55,663 nucleotides of DNA, from assembly GCA_001600815.1 (NCBI GenBank), contig BCKZ01000001.1:229185-284847 (forward strand), read 5' to 3'. This DNA comes from Alloascoidea hylecoeti (Eukaryota). The translations under genes and the position numbers were made by a program. The notes under the pieces are model-generated. The model was not told the origin of the DNA, did not search any database, and saw only the letters and a list, made by a program, of their open reading frames with translations. Shown piece by piece: positions 22,279 to 33,695 of this stretch (position 1 is its first letter; each line of letters starts with the position of its first letter).

Positions 22279-24057
22279 TAACAATGCTGCATATGTAGTA
22301 TCCGTGTACTACGGCCGCGATATAATATAAAAATAAGAAAAGGTAATCTCTGGGAAGTGTTGCGGGGAAAACTAGAGCGAGGCTATCAAGAATAGCGGTC
22401 AGACGATGATGATATGAGGGAAATTGGGAAGGGAAAAACTATGGACTCTAACACAATCCCCTAAAGTTACCCTCATATCTTTTTTTTTTTCATTATCAGT
22501 AACTTAGCGTTTATTGTAAGCACAATTCACCAGCTCTCTTGTTTTTACTATCATTATTAGGCGGGGAGTTTTTGTTACTAGTGCTATTGTACTACATGCT
22601 ATATTTGCAATTTGTTGTTTCGAAACATTAGTTCACTATTATGTCAATAATCATATGGTATTTACAATTTACATCAAATTTTTGATTATGTTCAGCTAAT
22701 CTATTATTTGAATTCAACGGCTTTAAATAGAAATTATAATACCGAATAATTGCTTGAACCCATTTTGATTTTTGAAGCTTTATAATCAAGCTTGACATTG
22801 AAATTGTATGTATTTCTATGCATATGTAAAGCAAGATTACTGTCAAGGCCATTACGAAGATAGAGCTATATGCATGCAGTACCTGTGCCATCTATAGCTA
22901 CGGCACAAAATTTATTCATGATTTTGTAATTTTTATCTGTGTATTTATGGTGTACCAGCCGTTTGTTTCTCTATGTATCTATCTATACTACTCGTAACCC
23001 TACCTTCATGGTCCCAGATAAATAACAGGCTAATAAAAATTACTTACTTAATTAGTACTTGCTAACTTACTATCGCGACAGTATGTAATGCAATGCGTAT
23101 ATGCTTTAATATAATTTTGATTCTATAGGTGGCCGTAGATGAAGTACGGCTATAATATATTTCTAAGCCGTGAAGTGATAGTAAAATAATTTCAATATTT
23201 AGCTGAATTTATATTAATTAACAAGATTGTATATTGTATATAACCTTTTGCAATTGCAAATTATATTTATCAATAATAATCATAAGTTTCTCAGGAATCA
23301 ATGTTGATGGTAAGCTTAAGAGTTGTATCTGACTATAGAATCATTCCATATATATTTTAAAAGCAATAAGAAGGAAGAAGCTCTGCCAGCTGATAATCAT
23401 AATATTCATATTAATACCTAGTGTTTATGGGTATAATTTTGCTATCATACGTTTTTGATATCTATGGCGATATACGTAAGGCATTATAAATTATATGCCC
23501 TTATACTATACTGATATTTAGTAATTTAAGTGATCATATGTATCTTAATATTATTTTCATACATAGTTATAATTAGAGATATACGATCTCTGAATCAAAA
23601 TTGTATTAACATTGCTAATTGGAGTTCTTACATATACAAATACATTATAAATATTGCAACATTTATAGTTCTCTAGAGATCGAAAATAATCGTGATACAG
23701 CCTACCAAAAGCAAGATCAACTTATACATGTATATATTGCTATTGAAAGAAAATGTTGTTCACTGTTATCAGTTTATCCGTATCTCTCAAGATTTTGTGA
23801 ACTTTTCCGAACTTATCTGCATATGCATGAGAATATATTGCATATATTTTATCCCTAACTAAGCTTCTATTAATATCAGGAATAAATCTTGGCTGATCAC
23901 TGTAGAAGTAGTAGAAGATTTTATTTTATCTATATTTATGAGACATTCAGGAAATTTTTAATATATTTATATATATAATGGTAATTTCTTTTATATCTTC
24001 CCCCTATCTTCATTAACCCGCCAAGAAAAGGTTTTGCTTCAAAGATTTAAGAATAAA

Positions 24058-26418
24058 ATGCTTTTCAAAAAGCATAGCAATGAGGATTCAAATCCATCCA
24101 CGGGATCAGAAAGATATGCGGAAGATGATGAAAAACATGAAAAAAAGGTGACGACTATTGATCAAGAAGAGCCCACCGATTCTTCGAGCGTTTTGAGTCA
24201 AGGTGAAGCTGCTAATTATTTTGGTACGAAAGGTTTAAAAATGGTAGGAGATGAATATTTAGAAACTGATATTCCTGATGATTCTCCATATCCTGAAGTA
24301 AGAGCTGCCGTCCCAAATACCGATGATCCAAGTATTCCTCAGAACACATTAAGAATGTGGGTATTGGGATTAGTTTTTTGTAGTATTGGTTCTGCTTTAA
24401 ATACTTTATTTTCAATGCATTCGCCAGCTTTTACAGTCACGACGTTAGTTTGTTCAATGTTGGCCTGGCCCGCTGGTAGACTATGGGATAAGCTACCTAA
24501 TGTTAAGATATTTGGGGTGGACTTAAATCCAGGACCCTTCAACATAAAAGAACATACTTTGATTACAATTATGGCTAATGTCTCTTTCGGTGGTGGTGCT
24601 GCTTATATCACTGATATCCTAGTTGCGATGAATAACTTTTATGGGGTAAATTTTGGTTGGGGATTCAACATTGTAGCAGGTATTTCAACCCAAGTTATTG
24701 GTTATTCGTTTGCCGGATTGGCTAGGAAAGTCATAGTTTATCCAAGTTCTATGATATGGCCTACTAATTTAGTCACTGCTACTTTTCTTTCAAATATTCA
24801 TAAAAATGTGAATCATACAGCTAACGGTTGGAGGATCTCTAGACTGAAATTCTTTCTAATTATTCTAACTTCTGCATTTATTTGGTATTGGTTTCCTGGT
24901 TATATTGCTACATTTTTATCTTATTTTTCTTTTCCAACTTGGATAAGGCCAAATAATGTCATTGTTAATCAAGTTTTTGGTGTTTCAAGTGGTATGGGTC
25001 TTCTTCCCATTACTTTCGATTGGAATCAAGTTGCAGGTTATATTGGGTCTCCTTTAATTCCTCCATTCCCTGCAATTGCTACGATATTCTTTTCAGTGGT
25101 CGTTTTTTTCTGGATTATTACTCCTATTTTACATTACACCAATGTTTGGCATGGGAAATATCTACCATTATCTGACTCAAGCTCATATGATAGATACGGA
25201 CAAGTATATAATGTCTCTAAAATTTTAAATGCTGATTATTCATTTAATGTTGATGCTTATAAAGAGTATTCACCACTTTACCTTTCAACTACATTTGCTT
25301 TATGTTATGGGTTGTCATTTGCTGCAATCACTGCAACTATCGTTCATACCGCTTTATTCCATGGGAAAGATATTTATAATATATTATGGAATAATAGACA
25401 TGAAAAGCAAGATGTTCACAATAGATTAATGAAAAGTTATCGAGAAGTTCCTCAATGGTGGTTTGGAATTATTTTTTTGGTCTCTTTTGCTTTGTCTATT
25501 GCTACAGTTAGAGCATGGGAGACCGAAATGCCTGTATGGTCATTAATTGTCGCTATAATTATTGCTGTTATTTTCGTATTTCCGGTTGGAATTATTTATG
25601 CTTTAACAAATATCTCAATTGGACTTAATGTGATCACCGAGTTTATTATTGGTTATATGGTTCCTGGTAAACCTTTTGCTATGATGTTTTTCAAAACTTT
25701 TGGTTATATAACTAATTTTCAGGCCGTAACTTTTGCTCAGGATATGAAATTAGGACATTATATGAAGATTGCACCTCGTACACTTTTCTGGGCACAAGGT
25801 ATTGCATGTGTTTGGGGTGCAATTGTGCAAGTTGCAACAATGAAATGGGTTCAAGGTGCCTTTGATAATATATGTGATAGCCAGCAGAAATCACATTTTA
25901 CTTGTCCAAATGGTAGAGTGTTTTTCAACGCTTCGGTAATTTGGGGTGTAATTGGTCCTGGTAGAATGTATTCTCCTGGAAAGCAATTTGGAAAACTGCT
26001 TTGGTTCTTCTTTCTTGGTGCTATACTTCCAATAGTGAGTTGGTTGATTCTTAAGAAGTGGCCAAGGTGCTATGTTAAATACATAAATTGGCCTGTATTC
26101 TTCTCAGGTACCAATATGATTCCACCTGCTACTACTTATAACTATAGTACTTATTGTATAGTTGGTTTCATCTTTGGTTTCTGGATTAAAAGAAAATGGT
26201 TGTCATGGTGGACAAAATATAACTACTCTTTATCTGCTGGACTTGATCTGGGGCTTACTTTTTCAAGTTTACTTATATTTTTATGTCTTTCTTTAACAAA
26301 TACTGATTTCCCATCATGGTGGGGTAATGATGTAGTATCAGGTACAATGGATTCACTAGATACTGCTGTTCAAGTTGTTTTGAAAGATGGTGAATTTTTT
26401 GGTCCTTCAACTTGGTAA
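24058..26418 (+). CDS. OPT-family oligopeptide transporter (Isp4/Opt-like)
   Basis: Signatures SPYPEVRAAV..DDP, NPGPFNIKEH, KLGHYMKIAPR, WTKYNYSLSAGLD, WWGN and many TM helices. May start at ATG 23978 via a short intron (see findings). Confidence 0.93.
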   Translation: MLFKKHSNEDSNPSTGSERYAEDDEKHEKKVTTIDQEEPTDSSSVLSQGEAANYFGTKGLKMVGDEYLETDIPDDSPYPEVRAAVPNTDDPSIPQNTLRMWVLGLVFCSIGSALNTLFSMHSPAFTVTTLVCSMLAWPAGRLWDKLPNVKIFGVDLNPGPFNIKEHTLITIMANVSFGGGAAYITDILVAMNNFYGVNFGWGFNIVAGISTQVIGYSFAGLARKVIVYPSSMIWPTNLVTATFLSNIHKNVNHTANGWRISRLKFFLIILTSAFIWYWFPGYIATFLSYFSFPTWIRPNNVIVNQVFGVSSGMGLLPITFDWNQVAGYIGSPLIPPFPAIATIFFSVVVFFWIITPILHYTNVWHGKYLPLSDSSSYDRYGQVYNVSKILNADYSFNVDAYKEYSPLYLSTTFALCYGLSFAAITATIVHTALFHGKDIYNILWNNRHEKQDVHNRLMKSYREVPQWWFGIIFLVSFALSIATVRAWETEMPVWSLIVAIIIAVIFVFPVGIIYALTNISIGLNVITEFIIGYMVPGKPFAMMFFKTFGYITNFQAVTFAQDMKLGHYMKIAPRTLFWAQGIACVWGAIVQVATMKWVQGAFDNICDSQQKSHFTCPNGRVFFNASVIWGVIGPGRMYSPGKQFGKLLWFFFLGAILPIVSWLILKKWPRCYVKYINWPVFFSGTNMIPPATTYNYSTYCIVGFIFGFWIKRKWLSWWTKYNYSLSAGLDLGLTFSSLLIFLCLSLTNTDFPSWWGNDVVSGTMDSLDTAVQVVLKDGEFFGPSTW

Positions 26419-26537
26419 AAATTATTAACGACTTAATTTATTTGGTGCTTATAGCTTTAATGATTGTAGATATGGTTTGATATGAGTAATATAATTTTCA
26501 TTTTATAATTATTTAGAGAACACCTAGCTATAGCCAG

Positions 26538-26815
26538 CATGGTCGAATCTTTATGCATGATATTGCCGAATATTTAATTCAAAGTGCGGCCGCATATTAA
26601 GTGTAAAGCGGACGAATTTTTGTGTGTAACGTCGCCTATAATAAGTCCATAACAACGCCGAATATTTATTTCAAAGGGTGGCCGAATAATTTGTGCAATA
26701 TTTCCAGGACTATTAATTGCATGATGTGGTCGAAAAATTAATTCAAAATGTAGACAAATTGTTTCTCAGCGGTGAGCGAATATATATGTCAATAAGTGAT
26801 CGATATTTACGCAAA
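26538..26815 (+). repeat. Degenerate ~23-24-bp tandem array, ~12 units, core GTGGCCGAATATTT
   Basis: ATGGTCGAATCTTT, TTGCCGAATATTT, GCGGCCGCATATT, GCGGACGAATTTT, ACGCCGAATATTT, GTGGCCGAATAATT, GTGGTCGAAAAATT and GTGAGCGAATATAT at regular spacing. Confidence 0.75.
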
Positions 26816-26982
26816 GTACTGTATTACAAACTTAATATAACGTACTTGTACAATTATATAACATTTTATACATACATATAAGCTTATAGTACATAGATAT
26901 TATAGACTATAAGTTTCTTTTTTTTAAGAGTCTAGATCACAGCTAGTAAAAGGTGCCTGTTTTTTGGGACTTGTAGCTGCAT

Positions 26983-27199
26983 CTAGAAATGTATCATCAA
27001 AGTTGTGGAATAATATATACCAACTAATTCGTCAGATCTACCGAATTTGTTAAATTTAGTGACATTTCCTTTTATACCTAGTAATAATTGATTATAAGAA
27101 AAAGTAGTTTCAGGGATAAGGGACAAAACCTTTGATATTTTCACCTGGAATATAAAACGGTTCTTCATTTTCAATACAAACGGTGAGCTTTGCTTTCAT
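26983..27199 (-). pseudogene. Possible arrestin-N-like gene fragment
   Basis: MKAKLTVCIENEEPFYIPGENIKGFV, a frameshift, then LIPETTFSYNQLLLGIKGNVTKF. Resembles the Y.PGE.I.G.V start of arrestin N-domains. Confidence 0.35.
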
Positions 27200-27894
27200 T
27201 TGTTCTTTGTTCCATGGTAAGATTGAATGCCACCAAGTAAGTACTTTTTTTTGTCGCCAACTGCTCCTTTCTTTCGGGCTTGGAGTCCATGATCAGATAT
27301 TGTAGAAAATTTGACCGTTTTTAAAAAAGATGGAAGTTGACACTGAAATATATCATAGTAAATATTTTATTTATAGCAAAACCGGATTAGGTAATGCATG
27401 TATATCTAATGTTGAGAACAATTATAGAAATATTTTTCCACTTCTGGGAGAGGGTCATCAGTGAAAATTAATTTGACAGCCCTAGAGTGTTACTATATAG
27501 GCTTACATGTACATATAACTACTATTATAAATTGTAGTGGTGACCAGGGCTGGAGAAAACTTAAGTTTAAAGGAAATTAAAAGGTTGCATAAGATTTCAC
27601 CGAGGAAAAGAATTTCGTGGAAAATCGAATAAGGGATACACATCTGAATAGAATAGGTATAATTTTGATATATAATTTTTACTTAAGAGTGTTACATTGT
27701 AAGTCCTCAACTTTTTCCAGTTTTATACATTAAAATGTAACTTTATACCATAAGGTGTTTTGAATGTTCTATTACGAATCCAAAATCCAAAAAGGCGCAC
27801 ACTTTTCAATATTTTCTAAAAATGTTAAATATATATTTTTTTATATATCATCATCACAAGTGGAGAATCCATTAATCGTCAAGCACTGTAAATC

Positions 27895-28180
27895 AATATT
27901 ATGGCTCATCTACAAAACAGATATCGATTGGTGATGTTTAATTTCATTATTCAACTCCCATATAATTCCCCAATACATTGTTCTTATCCTTCAACTAAAT
28001 GTGTCTGTAGTATTAAATTGTATCATATCAGCCATTTCTAACTCTACAGGCTGTTCTATTTCTCCCAATTTCTCTTTTAACATTTTCCATAATGTTTTTC
28101 TGATCTAGCAGTCATTGATGATCATGAGGTGTTGAATTGATTCTTGTTCTTTGCCTAGGCCCTATATTTCTATGCATATC
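27895..28180 (-). mobile_element. Possible 3' relic of a non-LTR (LINE/L1-like) retrotransposon
   Basis: One frame with stops: GKEQESIQHLMIINDC*IRKTLWK...YWGIIWELNNEIKH. Resembles the zf-RVT (ES..HL...C......W) and W.IW..RN motifs of L1 ORF2 C-termini. Confidence 0.45.
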
Positions 28181-28479
28181 CATATTCAGAAAATTAATAA
28201 AAACTTAGTCACTCTATTATATCAAATCTTATATTGTCAGTTTTTGACAAAACTAATAAACTAATAAAAGTCTATTAGTCAATATTAAGCTATGGCTTGT
28301 TAACTTGATACAAATATTGGTATATTAAAGTCGATAAGTTGCTAAATTATTTATGTTTTATATACTACTATAAAACAGTTACAAATAGGGTAATAATAAG
28401 GTAGTAACATTTAGTACTAACATTTGTCCAGCAACCTATGTGAACTCTCTTAGGGCTTCATTTCATAGTTAACATCTAA

Positions 28480-29700
28480 GAATAATATTCAGATACTTCA
28501 AATATCAAATACTATAAGTTACACTACTATAGCTGCTGTAAAAGGAAAATCCACTTCAAAAATTCAGTCTCAAGATCCTGACCATTCAACAACAAACCTT
28601 AAAGTTGAAAAGTCTCCGAAGTCTTTTGTAACTTGGGGAAACCTCAAAGAACTCATCATGGGAACTAGTGACCAGATTCGAGCATCACACTCAACAATTA
28701 GTGATCAACTAGTACTTAAAGTCATGAATTCTTCATTCAACGTTAGATTAAACGCCCTTAAGAGAAATACACCCCAAATATAAAATATCCTAAAGCTGTT
28801 TTTAAGACCCCAATTGTTGATATTAGAATTTTTAATTTAGAAAACAATGACGCTTTTTATTTACCTTTAAATGATCCAATTAGAAAATATGTTAGCATTT
28901 TAATTACTGAGGTAATATGGACTAGTGATGAAAGTCTATTTCTTAAATTAACTAATAGAGTCAGTGATATACTAAAGGAGGCTATCATCCACACTGTTAA
29001 ACAGCAAAGTATAATATCAAGGGTTGAAAAGGTACCGATGGTGGTTTGGTTGGTATGATATTACAACAAAGACTAGTTTTATTCCATTTAGATACTGCTC
29101 CAGTTAGTGGATTCAATCATTTAGCTTATTTCAGTCCTGTTAATAGCTCAATGCCAGTAGTTTTAACAAAGTTCTACTGTGCTATATAATGTTCATCATC
29201 CTATAAATAACTAGAAACTGAACTCTCAAAACAATATACCATATTGAAGATCAATCATTATACTTATTTTGAGTATGATTGCAAATACCGCCTTTATGAC
29301 CATCGCGAGTAATGATTTAAAAAAGCACCTGAACTGGTTTCTTGTTTTACTTTCAATCCATTGGGTTGTAATGGAAAATCCAAAAATTTAAAATTTATTG
29401 TGACTATGTTCATGCTTGTCATTATTCCGTTCTTTGTACATCTTTTAATCCTCCTGTTGGTAGATGATCAATCGAATGTTCCCGAAGCTGGGTTTCTTAT
29501 GATGATAATGATTTAAGGTGTTGCAACAACATCTGCTATCTCATACAGACTAAAGAGAGAATTTCATGAAATTGCCAAATCTAAATTAAATACCAAATTA
29601 AAAAAAACATATTATTAAATGGATATGGAATTCATCGATACCTATTATAACAGCCCTTTTTAAATTTTCGAAAATCAAAGGTTGGCATAGTTTCGCCTCA
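28480..29700 (+). mobile_element. Decayed coding relic, possibly Ngaro/DIRS-like retroelement (gag zinc finger plus RT start)
   Basis: Successive broken open frames. CFTFNPLGCNGKSK / IYCDYVHACHYSVLC (~29343-29440) and LLNGYGIHRYLL*QPFLNFRKSKVGIV (~29612-29693). Confidence 0.35.
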
Positions 29701-30561
29701 AAATTTGTTGCAATCGCACTTTATGCAATTACTGCAACTGCTTATTATGGTCGTCATCCACATGATGTATAGGTAATTATCAGCAGTATTGTTAGCTAAT
29801 TGAAAGAGAAATGGTTTATTAAAAACATAATTCCCCGCTTAGGATTCCCCGCTAGATTTCAAAAGAGGCGAGTTGATAAGATAAAAGCAATTTACCGATT
29901 CTTGGCTTTATATATGATGAGCTTTAGTTACTTAGCATAATATACAGCTGTACATGTATAAGATAAATTAACGTGTTGATCAAAATATAAGAACAGTAGT
30001 TATAAGAAAATTCAAACCCGATGGCAGATTTTTGAATAACAGGGATACAACAGAGAGGTACCGAAAAGTCGTCAAAAAACAATATGAGATTATTGAACTT
30101 TTTTTGGTAAGAATACATAGAAATTTATTCCCATCTATATAAGCCGTCTATCTACATAGTGATGATAGAACAGCGATATATAAGTAAGGTTAACTTCTGT
30201 TAAATAAGAGATAGACCCGGAAGTTTGCAATTATTGTATGTGATACTTGAGAAAAAAGCGACGGTTCAATCTTGGCTATAATAGCCAATTTATTGCAGTA
30301 TTAAATGTAACTCGTTAGTACCTACTCTAATTATATAGTAGTTCCAGTTCTTCCTTTTAGACATATTGTAATGATTCTACTTAATTTCGGCCATACTCCA
30401 CAATTTATTTTTCGGCCAAGGTTGACACCCGATATCCTTGCTTAATAGAAAGCAACAACCCTAGTAGGATAACAAATTATAAACACATATTAATTGACAT
30501 ATTAATTGACATAGAAATATATAATAAGAAAATAAAAACAAAAATAAATTAAATTAATTAT

Positions 30562-32706
30562 TCACCATTTTGGAGAATCTATTGTATAATCATTAATACT
30601 AAGACTTCCAATATTATTACCAAATTCATCTTCATCATCAATATCACCGCCCCATGTTTTATATGCAGTTGGACCAGGCATTTCAGGAGTTTTAAACATT
30701 GAATCTGTATTATTATTATTGTTATTATCATTAATTGAATTTGAATTATCTAATTTAATATCATTAACACCTGTTGTTAAATCAATTAAATCTAAAAATT
30801 CATCATCTAATTTTGGCTCATATAATTTTGCTTGCTTTTTATTAAGACCTCCTATACCTGATCCCCATTGATTAATCATTTCTGTTGTTGTTGGTAAACA
30901 GAATGGTAAGATGTATTGGGTATTTAAGTATGTGTAATTACCTTGAACTTGAAATAGGTTTGAATCTGATGATGTGTATAACATATTACGACTTTGAGAT
31001 TCAGTTTTTTTATGAGCTTTTGATTCTTTGTTGTCATTGTCTTTACCATTTCCCTTTCCATTCTCTGTTTCCGTTTCCGTTTCCGTTTCCGTTTCCTTCC
31101 CATTTTCCTTTTCCTTGCTATTTTCCGTTTCATTTTCCTTTTCCTTACGATTCCCTTTTTCTTCTTCGTTTTTCTTATCAGTAGTTTCATTTTTTTTATT
31201 AGTATCATCCTTCTTATCATTTTTAGATTCTTCGTCTGTTTCCTTTGCATCTTTTTCATTTAAATTTTCAGATTTTGATTTATTTTCTTCAATTTCTTTA
31301 ACATTCCTCTCTTCAATCCATAATTTTTCCTTTAATTTTAAATATTTTTTAAATTCTTTTGTTACTTTTTTTTCACCAGTCTCATATCTATAATTATTAA
31401 CAATATGAATTAATTGAGAAGGAGTTAAACTTGGTAAATCATTAATTAATAATTCTAAATTTAAAACATCATCTCTAAAACCTGTAAAACATTGTAACCA
31501 TTGTAATAATTGAAAAATTCTTGAAAAATGAAATTTTGTTATATCAATTAATGAAGAATGTGAAAAACTTATACCAATAATTGAATTTTGATTTAAAAAA
31601 TCATCATTATTATTATTATCATATTCAGTAGTAATATAATCATTATTATTTGATGGAATATAACGATTATTTGATCTTATCCAATCTTCAATAGTTGATA
31701 TATTCAAACGAATTTGCATTGCTTTAATCCTTGCAAGATATTTTTTATTTGATAAAATATCATTAAATAAGTAAGAACCAATCCAAAATAATATTTGAGA
31801 AATTGATTGTTGTATAATAACAGGATGAATTGAAAATAAATCTAAAACATATAATAAAGAACTTAAAATTTGTGTTAAATTAATTGGTGAAATTTTAGCT
31901 AATTGATCTAAAGTTGGAGGTTTCATTAATTCTTCAATTTCTTCCAAAGTTGTTTTTTTATTTACTGTTGAATTTGAATGAAATAAATTCCAATCACTTT
32001 GATAAGTAATTTCATCTAAATCAGGTAATGTTAAACAATCTAAAATTGATTCTTTTAAAATTATTGATATTCTTCTTTCAACATCTAAATTTAATAAATT
32101 AAAAATTTCATTAATTAATTCAATCAAATCAGATTGAAATTTAAAAGTTTTAAAATTTGAATATAAACCAGAATCTTTTTTAAAATAATATAATAATATA
32201 CAACAATTTGATAACCAATATGATAAAAATGTCATATCATTAATATTTAATAAACATATTTTTCGAATTCTTAATGGTATAACATTTAACCAATTTTCTA
32301 ATAATTCTGGTTTATCTTGATAATGGGCATATCTTGATGATAAAAATATAAAATTTGCAGGTCTTAAATTTGTATTTATTGATCGAGTTGAATTAATCCC
32401 TTTACGGTCTATAACAACATTTGTTATTGCCACATCAAGTAGTTTAGGAATAGCTTGTTCTTGAAAGGGGAAGCATTGAGATAAAATACATCGATCCCAA
32501 ATGAAAGAATCATCATCATCAAATTCATTATTTTTAAGTATACTATTGTTATCACCCACTCCGCCTAATATTGAATTTGAGAATAGGTTTGACCCGGCAG
32601 CTTTTGCTGAGGCCATTTGCATGGAAAGTTGATAGGATATATCGGCTTCTGTATCCAAATCACCGGCCGTCTTTATGACATTATTAATATTATCGTAAAA
32701 ATCCAT
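30562..32706 (-). CDS. Dilute (DIL) domain protein, YPR089W-like
   Basis: FIWDRC..Q.F.F, RPANFIFL..RYAHY, YWLSNC..LLY, LFNDIL...Y..R.KAMQIRLNISTIEDW, QLLQWLQC, LTPSQL..IV.NYRYE.GE. Likely start MDFYD at 32706; the frame is open to 32790. Contains a (GAAACG)n ET repeat near 31070-31095. Confidence 0.8.
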   Translation of the reverse strand: MDFYDNINNVIKTAGDLDTEADISYQLSMQMASAKAAGSNLFSNSILGGVGDNNSILKNNEFDDDDSFIWDRCILSQCFPFQEQAIPKLLDVAITNVVIDRKGINSTRSINTNLRPANFIFLSSRYAHYQDKPELLENWLNVIPLRIRKICLLNINDMTFLSYWLSNCCILLYYFKKDSGLYSNFKTFKFQSDLIELINEIFNLLNLDVERRISIILKESILDCLTLPDLDEITYQSDWNLFHSNSTVNKKTTLEEIEELMKPPTLDQLAKISPINLTQILSSLLYVLDLFSIHPVIIQQSISQILFWIGSYLFNDILSNKKYLARIKAMQIRLNISTIEDWIRSNNRYIPSNNNDYITTEYDNNNNDDFLNQNSIIGISFSHSSLIDITKFHFSRIFQLLQWLQCFTGFRDDVLNLELLINDLPSLTPSQLIHIVNNYRYETGEKKVTKEFKKYLKLKEKLWIEERNVKEIEENKSKSENLNEKDAKETDEESKNDKKDDTNKKNETTDKKNEEEKGNRKEKENETENSKEKENGKETETETETETENGKGNGKDNDNKESKAHKKTESQSRNMLYTSSDSNLFQVQGNYTYLNTQYILPFCLPTTTEMINQWGSGIGGLNKKQAKLYEPKLDDEFLDLIDLTTGVNDIKLDNSNSINDNNNNNNTDSMFKTPEMPGPTAYKTWGGDIDDEDEFGNNIGSLSINDYTIDSPKW

Positions 32707-32902
32707 GATAAATATAATGATTTGTTGAAGGAGGGTTATGAGGTTGCCTTTTTCCTTTCGGTCCAAGTTACCCGACATCTCCATTGCCATTGTACAGTAT
32801 TACGTAATCCTGGAAATTGACAAAGCGCAACGTGGAATATTCTTTTTCCTACCTCGATTCTTTTGAAAAAAACCATCTGTTCAGAAAAAAATTTCACAAA
32901 AA

Positions 32903-33472
32903 ATGGTCAACCCAGCTATTTCCAATCTCGGGATCATGCTTGTCATGATGCAAGTTTCTAAACGTATTGATTTTGAAGATCCAACTGTTCTTCTTGCCGT
33001 TAGAATAGGTTATGTCGCTTCTAATTTATTGATATTTGGTCTCTATTTTTATACCCGTTATTTGATCAACAAAAAAAATGATTTAACAACAATGAAATAT
33101 GTTCAACCAGCATCTGGTTTTGATCCTTCTTCCGGTGGTAAATTAATAGTCACAACCGTTAGGGATTATGATTTGGAACAAGTTAACTCCGCTGTTAAAG
33201 GAATGTTTAGCGGTATAGCAATGATGGGTTTTATGCATTTATATATGAAATATACAAATCCTTTATTGATGCAATCTATTATGCCCGTCAAATCAGCTTT
33301 TGAGCAAAAGATTGTTAAATTACATGTTTTTGGGAGCCCAGCTACTGGAGAGCTGAAAAGACCTTTCAAAACACAAGCAATGTTTGGTGGTGCTACCGGA
33401 GATATTAAAACCGATAAGAAATCTATCGAAGAAGCTGAAAAGTCCGGTTCCGGTGGAATTAAAGAAGAATAA
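32903..33472 (+). CDS. PHO88: Pho88/Snd3 ER membrane protein
   Basis: MVNPAISNLGIMLVMMQ, TTVRDYD, GIAMMGFMHLYMKYTNPLLMQS, PATGELKRPF, GGIKEE. Confidence 0.96.
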   Translation: MVNPAISNLGIMLVMMQVSKRIDFEDPTVLLAVRIGYVASNLLIFGLYFYTRYLINKKNDLTTMKYVQPASGFDPSSGGKLIVTTVRDYDLEQVNSAVKGMFSGIAMMGFMHLYMKYTNPLLMQSIMPVKSAFEQKIVKLHVFGSPATGELKRPFKTQAMFGGATGDIKTDKKSIEEAEKSGSGGIKEE

Positions 33473-33695
33473 TTTTACCTTATTTTTTATAACCATTTTA
33501 TGTGAATAATCCATAATAATTTATACGAATATTTATTATCATTTTATGTGATTAATATTTAAGCATTTATGCTAATAATTCATTATAATTTCTACGAATA
33601 TTTAGCATAATTACTAGTAAACCCGTGCACCCACTGTAATACATTTAAAGTGCTGTCCAAAAAACAGTTGAAACCTCCAATTCTCCTACACAAAC

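Noticed and set aside
22628..23858. Short ORFs upstream of the OPT gene
   Set aside because: No motifs, composition like intergenic DNA; probably the long OPT promoter.
26538..26815. CRISPR array interpretation of the 24-bp repeats
   Set aside because: Eukaryotic context, degenerate cores, linkers only ~10 bp, and no cas genes.
30885..31393. Three ORFs with FP, RK and SV repeats
   Set aside because: Alternative frames of the GAAACG/GAAAAG repeat within the DIL-domain gene.
33353..33355. Alternative CUG decoding (Ser or Ala)
   Set aside because: CTG falls at the conserved Leu of Pho88 (G.LKRPF), supporting standard decoding. Few sites were examined.
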